This document shows positions 28,659 through 40,484 of a stretch of 64,000 nucleotides of DNA, piece after piece. Origin of the DNA: an uncultured delta proteobacterium (lineage in GTDB: Bacteria > Myxococcota > Kuafuiibacteriia > Kuafuiibacteriales > Kuafuiibacteriaceae). The translations under genes and the position numbers were made by a program. The first letter of the stretch is position 1. The number at the start of each line of letters is the position of its first letter. The DNA lies in the NCBI GenBank assembly GCA_963803435.1, contig CAWDML010000009.1, positions 288,001-352,000 of the forward strand, in the 5' to 3' direction. The notes beneath the pieces are model-generated. The model worked only from the letters and a program-made list of their open reading frames with translations, was not told where the DNA came from and made no database searches.

Positions 28659-31286
28659 TCATCGGCCCTTCGCGTCCGGGTTTGAGCGGCCCTCGCCGAT
28701 CCACACCACGAACCGGCCCACCGGCGCGCGGGTCTCCTCCGCCCGCTTGTCGTCTGGGCCCTTTGGGCCAGGCCTCCCGCTCTTCTCGAACGCCAGCCCG
28801 ATCGCCAGGGCGAGATCGCGGAGCGGCAGCAGCGGCTCGGCGCTGCCCCGCGCGTCTCCCACCGGGCCGAAGCCGGCCCGTGCGAGCGCCTCGACCCTCT
28901 CCTTCGCGTTGGCCTCCAGGCAGGCCACCACGTGATCGGTGAACGCGCCCTCGTCGCCCAGCACGAACGCCGCCAGCGCCGCGTCCAGGTGGACGTCGAC
29001 CGCCGCGTCCTTGGAGGCGTGGGCCAGCGCGCGCTGGTAGAGCGCGAGCGCCTCCTTCGGCCGGCCTTGGGTCAGGTGCAGGCTGCCCAGGTTGGCGAGC
29101 GCGACCGCGTCGTTTGGGTGCCCGTCGATCACCGATTGCAGGGCAGCTTGCGCGCCGGTGCGTTCCAGCTGGGCGAGGAGCACCGCGCGCCAATCGAGGA
29201 GCTCGAGGACCTCGCGCGTCTTCAGGCGCGCCTCCACCTCGGCGAGCTCACGCTCGAGCGCGTCGCGCCGGCAATCCTCGATCGCCCTCAACGTCTTGGC
29301 GACGTCCTCGCGCACGCCCTCGATCTCAGGCGGTGGCTTCGATTCGACGGGGAGCGTGGAATCGACCGGCGGATAACGCTTCCAGGCGCTCCGCAGGTCG
29401 ACCCGCCGGATCGCGTCGGGGCTCGCGGCGAAGCGGGCGAGCTCGGTGGCGCCGGCCTTCCAGGCGGAGAGGAAGCCGGACGAGAGGGCGGTGGTCTCGA
29501 CGGGGACGTACAGGAGACCGTCCTCGACCAGGAAGTCGCCGGCGTCCGCCGAGAGCAGGTGCATGCTCTGGGGTGGGAGACCCGTGGGCACCGCTACCAG
29601 CGCGTGTCCCGGGGTGGCGAGGATCAGCGTGCGCATCCCGATCGCCTCGGCGAGGGACGCATAGAGGACCGCGAGGTCGTCGCAGTCGCCGCCGCCCTGG
29701 AGCGTCTGCGCCGGGTACTGGAGGTAGTCGAACCCGGAGCCCTCGAAGGGGCTGACGGGATCCGGCGCATAGCGAACGCCGAGCAGGGCCATGCCGGCGA
29801 AGAGCGCCGCCGCCGGTCCGAGAGGATGCGTCGTGTCGGCGAGGGCCGCGCGCAGCTTGCGGGCCGTCTGCAGGACGACCGGTGCGCGCGGGTTCACGAA
29901 CGCGGCCACCGAGTCGAGCTCGTCCCACGACAGCGCGTTGCGATCGTGGATCACGAGCGACGTGCTGCGCTCGTCGCGGTACGTGAGATCGCCCGCGGTG
30001 TACTCGATGTCGATGCGGAGCAAGACCGGGCGGTCGTCGTCGTGCTTCGCCAGCGCCTCCTGGTCCAGCGCGATCGCCAGCGGCACGTGGACCTTTCCCT
30101 TCGCCGGGATGTGCTCGATGCGCGTGGAGGGCGGGTGCTCCGCGAAGCGGGGGATGCGGACCTCGATCCGGACGTCTTCGATCGGTTGCTTGCCCCGGTT
30201 GACGAGCGTGACGCGACCGACCTCCTGCTTCGCGAGGCCTGCGAGCCGGGCCGGGTACACGTTCGTCACCTCGAGCGCGGTCATCTCGAGCGGACGCGGC
30301 CCGCGCGCCGATCGACCCGGTGCCATCACCGCCGCCAGATCACTCGCGACCCGTTCGGCGCAGCGCTCGGCATTGGAGCGCGTGCAGGTCCGCTCCTTGG
30401 CCGCGCGACGGCGACCCTTCTCGAGCAGCACGCCGGTGAGGCGGACCGTGTCGCCCTCGACCTTCTCCTCGGTCTCGATCTTTCGGTCCCCCGCCTTGAT
30501 GCGGGCCTCCGCGACCTCCGCGCGGATCATGCCCGCTCCGTAGCCGAACACCTCGATCGGGAGATCGGCGGCCGACAGGGCCTCGGCCAGCTCGCGGGCT
30601 CCGGCGACCGTCGTGCCGAGCTCGATCCGCGTCGCGGTCCGATCGGCGAAGCGGACCACGGCGGCGCGGACACCGGGGACGGCGAGCAGCTTGGCGAGCA
30701 GCTGCTCGGTGGCGGAGGTGTTCCGCAGGCCCTCGACCATGAGCTCGATCGAATGCTCGCCGGCGGCGGCGCCGAGGTTCGCAATCAGCTCGTCCGCGAG
30801 GGCGTCGGCCGCGGTGCGGGCCGCGTTGGTGGCGGCCTCCTCGACCGAGAGGCCCATCGATCGCCCGGGCACCGAGACGGCCAACCGCACGCGACCGGTC
30901 GCCGCGTCGATCACCTTCACCACGATCGAGGCGTCGTAGCGGTGTACACGATCAGGGAGCACCTTCGAGTCGACCCTCGACAGCGCCACCACGCCCGCGA
31001 TGATGAGGTCGGTCTCGAACCCGGATAGGCCCTCCGGCACCTGACCCTCGACGAGGCGGTGCGCGTCGACCCGGGCGCGAAGCCGCCGGCTCTGAGCCTC
31101 GTCCACCAGGACCACCTTCGCCTCCAGCAACCGCTCCACCAGGCGGTTCTCGGCGACCGAGGTGGGACGCGGTGCACCGTCGAGCGTCTCTGAGAAGACC
31201 GTGGTGTAGCGGGCGCCGGGGGAGAGCTGTGCCGCCGCCGCCGCCGGCGCGCACAGCACGAAGAGGACCAGGAGCGCGCGCATCAT
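28659..31286 (-). CDS. Secreted multidomain protein with transglutaminase-like core and TPRs
   Basis: Signal peptide MMRALLVLFVLCAPAAAAAQ; DYLQYPAQTL..GGDCDDLAVLYASL, PGHA, YVPVETT; C-terminal TPR ALANLGSLHL.QG...EALALYQRAL. Confidence 0.75.
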   Translation of the reverse strand: MMRALLVLFVLCAPAAAAAQLSPGARYTTVFSETLDGAPRPTSVAENRLVERLLEAKVVLVDEAQSRRLRARVDAHRLVEGQVPEGLSGFETDLIIAGVVALSRVDSKVLPDRVHRYDASIVVKVIDAATGRVRLAVSVPGRSMGLSVEEAATNAARTAADALADELIANLGAAAGEHSIELMVEGLRNTSATEQLLAKLLAVPGVRAAVVRFADRTATRIELGTTVAGARELAEALSAADLPIEVFGYGAGMIRAEVAEARIKAGDRKIETEEKVEGDTVRLTGVLLEKGRRRAAKERTCTRSNAERCAERVASDLAAVMAPGRSARGPRPLEMTALEVTNVYPARLAGLAKQEVGRVTLVNRGKQPIEDVRIEVRIPRFAEHPPSTRIEHIPAKGKVHVPLAIALDQEALAKHDDDRPVLLRIDIEYTAGDLTYRDERSTSLVIHDRNALSWDELDSVAAFVNPRAPVVLQTARKLRAALADTTHPLGPAAALFAGMALLGVRYAPDPVSPFEGSGFDYLQYPAQTLQGGGDCDDLAVLYASLAEAIGMRTLILATPGHALVAVPTGLPPQSMHLLSADAGDFLVEDGLLYVPVETTALSSGFLSAWKAGATELARFAASPDAIRRVDLRSAWKRYPPVDSTLPVESKPPPEIEGVREDVAKTLRAIEDCRRDALERELAEVEARLKTREVLELLDWRAVLLAQLERTGAQAALQSVIDGHPNDAVALANLGSLHLTQGRPKEALALYQRALAHASKDAAVDVHLDAALAAFVLGDEGAFTDHVVACLEANAKERVEALARAGFGPVGDARGSAEPLLPLRDLALAIGLAFEKSGRPGPKGPDDKRAEETRAPVGRFVVWIGEGRSNPDAKGR

Positions 31287-31374
31287 CTGGAAGCCGGGAC
31301 CTCGTGCACCCTGCATGCCGCCGCCGCATGGTGACGAAAAGCGACGGGATGAGCGGTGCTCCGTGTCATGTCAC

Positions 31375-32232
31375 ATGGTAGGTCTGAAGCTGGTGGGCAA
31401 GGGCAAGAAGAGCAAGCGGAAGGAGACGAAGGCGAAGAAGGTCGGACCGGGCTCCTTCGAAGGACCGGGCGACCTGCGGGCCGTCCGCTACCACATCGAC
31501 CAATGGCGAAAGAACGGCGTGGAAGAGGCCCGCAACATGCTGATGATGCTGGGCCGCGACGCCTCCTTCACCGTCTGTGAGGTCGCCACCGAGCGAAAAG
31601 ACGAGGCGCTGATGGCGTTCGGCCGGCGCCTGGTCGCGGTCCGCCCGCAGCTCGAGACGAACCTGAACGCGCTCCGGCGGGCGTCGGTGCGGGCGCACGT
31701 GGAGCGCGCCCGGAAAGAGGCGGCGCCTGCGGTCGAGGTGGACAATCTCGCCGTGGCCGGCGGCGCCGTGGCGGTGTTCGATCCTGAGCGCGTGGTCGAG
31801 GCCCTGGCCCGCGGCGGGTGGCCTCGCAAGGATGAAGCGCGCGTGAACGCTGGCGACGTGGCGTGGTTCGGGCTCCCGCGGACCGCCCCGATGCCGGTGC
31901 GGTTCACCACCCGACCCGCGGATGGGCGCCCGCTGCGCCTTCGCCTGCGGGTCGAGTCCGGCGTGGTCTTCGCCGGCGCACCCGAGGCGTCGGACGGGCC
32001 CCGCCTGGGCACCGTGCGCCGGGACCCCCACCACACCCAGCTCGACGCGCACCTGTCTTCGGGCCGCTTCCTTAGAGTAAAACCGGGTGTTTACCTGCTC
32101 GACGTGGTCTTGACCGGGGCAGAGGTGACCGTCCACCTGGGGCTCGATCCGGATCCGGAGGCCGCCCTCGCGATCGACCTGAAACGCCTCTCTCTCGCTG
32201 ATCCGGTAGACGTCGACGGTTCGCAGGGCTAG
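31375..32232 (+). CDS. Hypothetical protein (Lys-rich N-terminus; C-terminal domain reminiscent of DUF6386)
   Basis: Good codon bias. EARVNAGDVAWFGL, V.SGVVF.G and FL.V.PG.Y recall DUF6386 from memory only. Confidence 0.6.
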   Translation: MVGLKLVGKGKKSKRKETKAKKVGPGSFEGPGDLRAVRYHIDQWRKNGVEEARNMLMMLGRDASFTVCEVATERKDEALMAFGRRLVAVRPQLETNLNALRRASVRAHVERARKEAAPAVEVDNLAVAGGAVAVFDPERVVEALARGGWPRKDEARVNAGDVAWFGLPRTAPMPVRFTTRPADGRPLRLRLRVESGVVFAGAPEASDGPRLGTVRRDPHHTQLDAHLSSGRFLRVKPGVYLLDVVLTGAEVTVHLGLDPDPEAALAIDLKRLSLADPVDVDGSQG

Positions 32233-32312
32233 TGTCCCAAGGCCCACCAATGGGGACCGTCGATCGCGCACCACTCTTGATCGCATGAGCGACGGCGGGG
32301 AGGATTAAGGCC

Positions 32313-33020
32313 ATTTCGAAACCGAAGCAGCAACACGAACGCCAAAAGGAACCGCGCGTCGATCGCAGGATCCGAGTACCCGAAGTCCTGGTGATCGACT
32401 CCGACGGCTCCAAGCTCGGCGTGATGCCGACGCACGAAGCCCTCACGCGCGCGAGGGAGCAAGAGCTCAACCTGGTCGAAGTCGCGCCGAACAGCCGGCC
32501 GCCCGTTTGCCGCATCCTGGACTACGGAAAGTACAAGTACGATCAGAAGCAGGAAGCGAAGCGACGCAAGAAGAACCAGGTCGTCGTCGAGATCAAAGAG
32601 GTGAAGTTCCGGCCCAAGGTCGAGCGTCACGACTACGAGTTCAAGGTCCGGCACGTGCTTCGGTTCCTGGGAGAAGGCGACAAGGTCAAGTGCACGATCA
32701 TGTTCCGCGGCCGGGAGATGGCCCACACCGATCTCGGTGAGGTGCTGCTGCGGCGGGTCCTCGGCGACATCGAGGGCAAGGTCATCGTCGAGCAGAACCC
32801 GCGCCTCGAGGGCCGGAACATGACCATGCTGATCGCCCCGAAGCCCGGCGCTTTCCCGAAGAAGGAGAAGCCCGCCGAGGAACCGGCGCCCCTCAAGAAG
32901 TCCAAGAAGAAGAAGGACGAGGATGAGGGGAACGGGGCCGAGGCCCTGGACCACGAGGCCGAGGAGCTGGACTCCGAGACCCCGGCCCCTTCGGCCGAGG
33001 AACGGCCAGAGGCCCGTTGA
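32313..33020 (+). CDS. infC: Translation initiation factor IF-3 (ATT start)
   Basis: GGGAGG RBS before the in-frame ATT at 32313; LVEVAP...PPVCRILDYGKYKY, KEVKFRP, GDKVK.TIMFRGRE; acidic C-terminal tail. Confidence 0.95.
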   Translation: MSKPKQQHERQKEPRVDRRIRVPEVLVIDSDGSKLGVMPTHEALTRAREQELNLVEVAPNSRPPVCRILDYGKYKYDQKQEAKRRKKNQVVVEIKEVKFRPKVERHDYEFKVRHVLRFLGEGDKVKCTIMFRGREMAHTDLGEVLLRRVLGDIEGKVIVEQNPRLEGRNMTMLIAPKPGAFPKKEKPAEEPAPLKKSKKKKDEDEGNGAEALDHEAEELDSETPAPSAEERPEAR

Positions 33021-33087
33021 GGCCGATCCCCGGTTTTTCACTTTCCTTTTGCCGGCGTCGGGCGGCCATGCTAGCAGCCCTCCCTCT

Positions 33088-33294
33088 ATGCCGAAGATGA
33101 AGACGAAGCGCGCGGCCGCCAAGCGGCTCAGCGCCCTCGGCAACGGCCGGTTCAAGCGGTCGAAGGCGGGCCACCGCCACAAGCTTTCGTGCAAGAACCG
33201 CAAGCAGAAGCGGCGGCTCGGAAAGATCGCGCTCATCGACCCCTCGGATCAGAAGGGCATCGAGCGACTCCTTCCGTACGCGACCAAGAAGTGA
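33088..33294 (+). CDS. rpmI: 50S ribosomal protein L35
   Basis: MPKMKTKRAAAKR...HRH.L..K.RKQKRRL...LLPY; lies between infC and rplT. Confidence 0.95.
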   Translation: MPKMKTKRAAAKRLSALGNGRFKRSKAGHRHKLSCKNRKQKRRLGKIALIDPSDQKGIERLLPYATKK

Positions 33295-33305
33295 GGTGAG
33301 GTGCC

Positions 33306-33653
33306 ATGGCTAGGGCATCACGAGGCGTCAAGCTCCGACGCCGACACAAGAAGTGGCTGAAGCTCGCCAAGGGCGCGTTCGGCCGTCGTTCGAAGGCGAT
33401 CCGCGCGGCCAAGACCACGGTCGAGAAGGGCCTTCGTCACGCGTACCGCGATCGCAAGAAGACGAAGCGGAACTATCGCAGCCTTTGGATCGTGCGCATC
33501 AACGCCGCGGTCCGGACGCACGGTTTGTCGTACAGCCGGTTCATCGCCGGCCTGAAGCGTCACGCCGTCGATGTCGATCGGAAGATCATGGCCGACATCG
33601 CGATCAACGATCCGCAGGGCATGGCCGATCTCGTCGCGATGGCGAAGAGCTGA
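33306..33653 (+). CDS. rplT: 50S ribosomal protein L20
   Basis: RRRHKK.LKLAKG, AYRDRK..KR..RSLWIVRINAA, YSRFI.GL, DRKIMADIA. Confidence 0.97.
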   Translation: MARASRGVKLRRRHKKWLKLAKGAFGRRSKAIRAAKTTVEKGLRHAYRDRKKTKRNYRSLWIVRINAAVRTHGLSYSRFIAGLKRHAVDVDRKIMADIAINDPQGMADLVAMAKS

Positions 33654-35218
33654 GCCGCCACACCGCGAACCCCAAGAGCAGGAGCCACACGACGGTCGTC
33701 GTCGCGCCCGCGGTCTCGCGACCGTCGGCGCTCGTGCATCCGCACTTGCTCGAGTCGTCCGGTCCCGTCATCCCGCTGTCGGGCTGAGCATCGACCTGTC
33801 CGCCGCTGCCGGCGTCCTTCGTCAGAATCGCCGCCGTCGGCGAGCGGCGCCGCGTCCATGCCGGCGGCCCCGTCCATCGGCTCGGCGCCGTCCATCTCGG
33901 CGGCGGCGTCCATCTCGGCGGCGGCGTCCATCTCGACGCCGGCGTCCTGTCCGGGGCACGCGGCCGGGTTGGTGGGCGCGATGCTCCAGATCTCGCCGCT
34001 GACGATGTCGAGGTACCAGATCGAGCCGTCGGGGCCGTTCGTGAAGTGCACCGGCGTGCCGCCGCTCCGCACGATGATCTGCCGCTCGCCGTCCACGCCG
34101 TCGCGGTTCGCGTTCGGCGTCACGGTCCAGACGCGCCCCTTGTTGTAGTCGCCGAACCAGTACAGCCCGCTGAAGGCCGCCGGCCACGAGCAGTGGCTCG
34201 AGAACACGCCGCCGGTGATGCTGGCCTGCCCGAACGCCGGGGTCTCGTCGTGCGGATAGACGAACGCCGGCTCGACGCAGTCGCCCGTCGACTGAGGCAC
34301 GACCGTCTTGCACATCCCGACCGGGTCGCCCTCGTACCCCTCGCGGAGCGGCCAGCCGTGGTGCTCGCCGCCCTGCTTCGAGATCGTGATCTCCTCCCAC
34401 GTCACCTCGCCCACGTCGCCGACCCAGAGGTAGCCGGTCTGCGTGTCGAACGCGAACCGCCACGGGTTGCGGAAGCCCCACCCATAGATCGCCTCGAGCG
34501 GGTCGCCCGTGCCGTCCGGGAAGACCGAGGCCTCGTTGCAGGTGAACTGGTCGATGTTGCCGCCGCACGCCGGCACGCCCGTCACGCCCACCAGCGGGTT
34601 GGTAGCCGGGATGTTGCCGTCCCGATCGATGCGCAGGATCTTGCCCATGTACTTGGTCAGGCAGGTGGCGAAGTAGTTGTTGGTGTTGGTCCCGGGCGCG
34701 CAACCGCAGTTGCACCCGCGGTCGCCGACGCCGATGTACAGGTAGCCGTCGGGCCCGAACCGCATGCCGCCGCCGACGTGGTTGGCGTTCGCCGACAGGT
34801 GGTCGATCAGGACCGTGATGTTGTTGGTGTCGACCAGGCCGGTGGCCGGATCCAGCGTGGTCCATCCGACCTGCTGGCTGTTGCCGACGGAGTAGTAGAA
34901 GTACACGCGGTCGGTCTGGTCGAACATCGGATCGACCTGAACGTCGAGCAGCCCGCGTTCACCGCCGGCGCCCGCGACGCTGATCGTCCCTGCGGGGTTC
35001 AGGTTCTGGCCGTCCCACAGCAAGACCTCCCCGGTCTGTTGCGTGATCACCAGCCGGCCGTCCGGCAGGAACTCCATCGCGGTGGGGCTCGCGAGGCCGT
35101 TCACCTGCGGGGTCAGCGTCAGGTCGTTGGCGACGCCGGGATCGAGCGCGTCCTGGGCGTGGGCCAGGCGCGGCGCGAGCGGCAGGACGAGGAGGGGGAG
35201 GAGGGCAAAGCGGCGCAT
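33604..35218 (-). CDS. PQQ-dependent glucose/sorbosone dehydrogenase (GSDH) family protein with MYXO-CTERM (+1 frameshift at 33825-33829)
   Basis: [43 protein letters not shown]...WEE, GWP, SITGG. The repaired C-terminus reads KCGCTS...[14 protein letters not shown]. Confidence 0.88.
33845..33934 (-). repeat. Five imperfect 18-nt tandem repeats encoding an xMD(A/G)Ax linker
   Basis: [30 protein letters not shown]; nucleotide unit approximately ggcggcgtccatctcggc on the + strand. Confidence 0.85.
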
Positions 35219-35231
35219 CGCCGCCTTGATA

Positions 35232-37146
35232 TCACGAGGACACGCTCATCCGCGATCCGACCTCTGACCGCTCGCTGCCGTCGTCCTCCCCGACCCGGGC
35301 CTCGAGCTCCAGAAGCTCGTTGCCGTCCAACGTCTCGCGCTCGAGGAGCCGGGTCACCATCGCCTCCAGAACAGCGCGCTTTCGCGCCAGGATCTGACGT
35401 GCGCGCTGATGCTGGCTTTCGACGATCTCGCGAACCTCGACGTCGATCGCCTGTGCGGTCTCCTCTGAGAAGCTCCGCTCCTCGCCGAAGATCACCGGTG
35501 AATCCAGGTAGCGGGCGCCTGCGGGTCGCCCGAAGGTGACGGCCCCCAGCCGCTCGCTCATGCCGAACCGGCAGATCATCTGACGCGCGGTCTCGGTGGC
35601 CCGCTCGATGTCGTTCTGCGCGCCCGTCGACACGGTGTGGAGCGCGACCTCCTCGGCCGCGCGGCCGCCCAGCATGACCGCGACCTGATCGAGGATCTCC
35701 TCCTTGAGCATCAGGTAGCGCTCCTCGGTGGGGAGCTGCAGGGTGGCGCCCAGCGCGCCGATGGTCCGCGGGATGATGGTGACGCGGTGGACGGGATCCG
35801 CGTGCTCCACGGACATCGCCACCAGCGCGTGCCCCGACTCGTGGTAGGCGACGCGGCGCTTCTCCTCCTCGTTCATCGCGCGGCCGCTCTTCTTGAGGCC
35901 CAGCTGGATGCGAATCGACCGCCTCCTCGAAGTGGCGCTGGAACACCTCCGTCGAGTGGTCGCGGGCCGCCGCCAGCGCTGCCTCGTTCACCACCTTGGC
36001 CAGATCGGCCCCGACCATGCCGGGGGTCCGCCGCGCCATCACGTCGAGGTCGACGTCGGGGGCGAGGCTCACGGTCTTCGCGTGCACGCGCAGGATCGCG
36101 CGCCGCCCCTCGATCGAGGGCCGATCGACCACCACCTGGCGATCGAACCGTCCGGCCCGCACCAGGGCCGGGTCGAGGACCTCGGGCCGGTTGGTGGCGG
36201 CCATGATCACGACGCCGGCCTTGGGATCGAAGCCGTCCATCTCGGCGAGGAGCTGGTTCAGCGTCTGCTCGCGCTCGTCGTGCGTCCCCATGGCGGCCAG
36301 ACCGCCGCGCGACTTTCCGATCGCGTCAATCTCGTCGATGAAGATGATGCAGGGGCTTCGGGCCATCGCCTGCATGAACAGGTCGCGCACGCGGGCGGCG
36401 CCCACACCGACGAACATCTCCACGAAGTCGGAGCCGGTGAGCGAGAAGAACGGGACCTTGGCCTCGCCGGCGACGGCCTTGGCGAGCAAGGTCTTGCCGG
36501 TGCCGGGCGGGCCGACCAGCAGGACGCCCTTCGGGATCTTCGCGCCGAGGGCCGTGTAGCGCGTCGGGTTCTTGAGGAAGTCGACCACCTCGAGCATCTC
36601 GCCGACGGCTTCGTCGATGCCGGCCACGTCCGCGAAGGTGGTGTCGATGCGGTGGCTCTCGTCGTAGATCTTGGCCTTGTTGCGTCCGAAGCTCAGCGGT
36701 CCAGCGCCGCCGGCGCCGCCCATCCCCTTCTGCATGCGCCGGAAGAAGTAGTAGTAGAGGCCCCCGATCAGCAGGAACGGGAAGAGGCCGGAGATCAGCA
36801 TCGGCCAGATGCTCTCCTCTTCGATCTTTCCGCTGAACTCGACGTGCTCCTTCTCGAGCTCGGCGAGGAGGCTCTTCTCGTCGACGCCCGGGAGCCTCGT
36901 GGTGGTGATGACCTTGGGGGCCTGGCCCGTCTTCTCCGGCTTCAGATCCGCGACGATCCGGTCGCGCTCGATCTGCACCTTCTGCACCTGGCCTTGGTGG
37001 AGGTCCTGCAAGAACGTGCTGTAGGGGACGACGCCGGCCTCCTCCTTCTTCTGGAACAGCTGGAAGCTGGCGATCACGGCGATGGCCAGGAGCAGCATGA
37101 GTATGGGCCGGAACGGAGAGGCGCGCGGAGGCTTTTGGACGGGCAT
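35232..37146 (-). CDS. ftsH: ATP-dependent zinc metalloprotease FtsH (+1 frameshift at 35912-35916)
   Basis: Two TMs; [42 protein letters not shown]. The repaired frame gives DRIQLG...AYHESGHA (HExxH) and GA.ND. Confidence 0.93.
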
Positions 37147-37185
37147 CTTCTGTGATCGATTCGTACGCGAGCGTGTGCGTCAAGC

Positions 37186-38363
37186 TCACTCCGTGAAAAG
37201 CAACCCTTCGCGGCGATAGAGACCCGCCGAAACGCCCCAGAGCAGCAGACCGGAGACGACGGTGGAGACCGTCGAGAGCGCGAAGCTCGCGAGCTCGACG
37301 CCCTCTCCCCGCACCAGGTGATCGATGAGCACATTCTGCGCGAGGAGCGGGACCAGCATCATCCAGAGCTTCGCCTTCACCGGAAAGATCATCAGCCAGA
37401 AGGACGGGATCATCGGCACCAGCAGCAGCAACGACACGTACGTCTGTGCCTCGCGAAAGCTCTTCGTGAAGGCCGCCACGATCGTCTGAAGGCTCGACGC
37501 CACCAGCGTCACCGGCAGCGCCACCAGGAACAGCAGCACCGACGTCGAAGGATCGAGCCTCAGCTCTAGCCCCAGCTCGCCCGCGGGGATGAACGAGATC
37601 GCGACGGCGAACGTGGTCACGGTCAGCGTCAGCGAGACCACGCCGAGCAGCGTGGTCGCCAGCAGCTTGCCCGTCATCATGAGGGACCGCGGCACCGGGT
37701 TGATCAGGAGCGGCTCCAGCGATCGCCGCTCGCGTTCGCCGGCGGTGCAGTCGATGGCGAGGTACATGCTGCCGATGAAGATCGACATCATCACCAGATA
37801 GGGGAGCATCGCGAAGAGGAGAGCGCCGCGGCTCTGCGGCGTCGACAGGTCGTGCTCGCTGACCACGAGCGCGTCGACGGTGCTCGGGTCGATGCCGCGG
37901 ATCTCCAGGCGTAGCCGGCCGATCTGGTGGCCGTAGGCGGCGAGCAGGGAGGTGGTCCGCTGGATCGAGGTCTGAGAGGCCCGCCGCGAGCGATCGACGA
38001 TCAGCTCCACGTCCGCCGGCTCGCCGCCGCGGAACTGGTCAGGGAACTCGGGTGGGATCACCAGGACGAGGTCGACCACCTCGGCCTTCATCGTCGCGAT
38101 CGGATCGAGTGGCGCCGGCTCGACCCGGGCGCCGTTCGACTCGAGGAAGCGGATCAGGTTCGGCGCCCGCTCGGCGCCCTGCACGGGGATCGCCAGCGTC
38201 TGCTCGGCGCGCTCCTGCTCGAGGCGGAGCGTGGTGGTCAGGACCACCGAGAAGACGATCGGTCCGAACAGGGGCCCGAACAGGAGCGCGGAGAACAGGG
38301 AGCGCCGGTCGCGGAGCCCGTCCGTCAGCTCCTTGGCGAACACCACGCGGACCGGGGAGCGAC

Positions 38364-38367
<4 letters not shown>
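37186..38367 (-). CDS. ABC-2 transporter permease (NatB-like)
   Basis: VFAKEL.D.LRDRR, AGERERRSLEPLL..P, KSFREAQ; multiple TMs. Confidence 0.9.
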
Positions 38368-39059
<692 letters not shown>

Positions 39060-39063
<4 letters not shown>

Positions 39064-40484
39064 GGCTCGGGCCCCGTCAGCCGGACGAAGAACGGCGGCG
39101 GCCTCACCTCGTCGAGGCAGCGCGCGTCGAGGTCGGGGTTCGCGTGCGTGAGGAACGCCTCGAGCACCCGGTCCATGCACCCGCGCGCCATCATGTGGCC
39201 CTGTCCGGGCACCACCAGGTGGCGGGCGCGGCCGAGGTGCCGCTTCACCTCTTCTGCGCCGGCGGGCGGGGTCACCGGATCGAGCTCGCCCGAGATGAGG
39301 AGCGCCGGCACCTTCGACACCACCGGATCGTGGAAGTCCGGCGGCATCTCGCCCTTCGGCCACACCGAGCACTCGTCGCGGGCCGCCTGCGTCAGGCGGT
39401 CGCCCAGCAGCGTCTCCGCATCGCGGGCCAGCGCGGCGGGGTAGAACGGAACGTCCTCGGTGCAGATCACCGAGAGCTCGAGCCCGGCGCTGACGGCGCC
39501 CTCGATCTCCCGCGACACGATGGCGCTCTGGGCGGCCAGGCGATCGAGCTTGCCGGTCCGATCGGCCTCGTCGATCAGGAGCGGGATCAGCGCGGCGGTC
39601 TCGGGCGCGTAGGCGAGAAAGCGAATGCCGGCGCCCAGGAACATGCGATCGACGGTTCGCGTCGCCGGCTGCCCGGTGCGCGGATCAGGGATCTCGACCG
39701 TCGGCGGGGGGTCGTGCTCGCTCCGGGCGATCAGCGCCTCGAGCTTCTCGCGCAGCTTCCCGAACCGGGAGCCGCAGTCCGCCTCCTGGGCGCAGCGCTC
39801 GAACTGGAGGTCGAGCGCGCGCTGGAGGTTCTTGGCGTGGTCGAGCCCGAGGGCGAGCTGGCTGGGGACGACGCCCTGGAGCACCATCGCACGCACCCGC
39901 TCGGAGTGACGCCGCAGGTAGGTGAGCGCGGCCCGCGTGCCGTAGGAGACGCCGACCAGGTCGATCTGCTCGTACCCGAGGGCCGCGCGGACCTGCTCGA
40001 GATCCTCCATGGCGATCGACGTGGTGTAGAAGCGGGGGTCGCCGGGGAGCGACTCGAGGCAGCGCGCCGCGGCCGCCTTCGCCGCCGCAGGATCCTGGCC
40101 GAGGTCGCAGTCGAGGGGATTGGAGCCGCCCGTGCCGCGCTGATCCATCAGCACCACGTCGCGCCGCCGGCGGGCGCGCTCGAACGACTGTGCGATCCCG
40201 ACCCAGGCCTCGGAGGCGGCCTGACCGGGGCCGCCGGCGAGGAAGAAGATCGCGTCCTTCTCCGGATGATCGCCGGTGGCGCTCAGCACCGCGACGCGGA
40301 GGGCGATCCGCCTGCCCTCGGGATGCGACGGATCCTCAGCGACCTCCAGCTGGCCGCAGCGCGCCTTGATCCGGATCGCCAGGCCCGGGTACGAGAGCTC
40401 GCAGGTGTCGAGCGGAATCGCCGCGTGGGCCGTGCCCGCCGCGAGCAGCACGGCGGTGGCCGCCACCCAGGATCGCGCCGCCAT
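39060..40484 (-). CDS. Secreted alpha/beta hydrolase (TAP-like peptidase, S33)
   Basis: Signal peptide; LAGGPG, DQRGTGGS, GVSYG nucleophile, GELDPVTP, GQGH. Confidence 0.88.

Noticed and set aside
33845-33934. Short repeats as a CRISPR array
   Set aside because: In-frame coding tandem repeats with no spacers and no cas genes.
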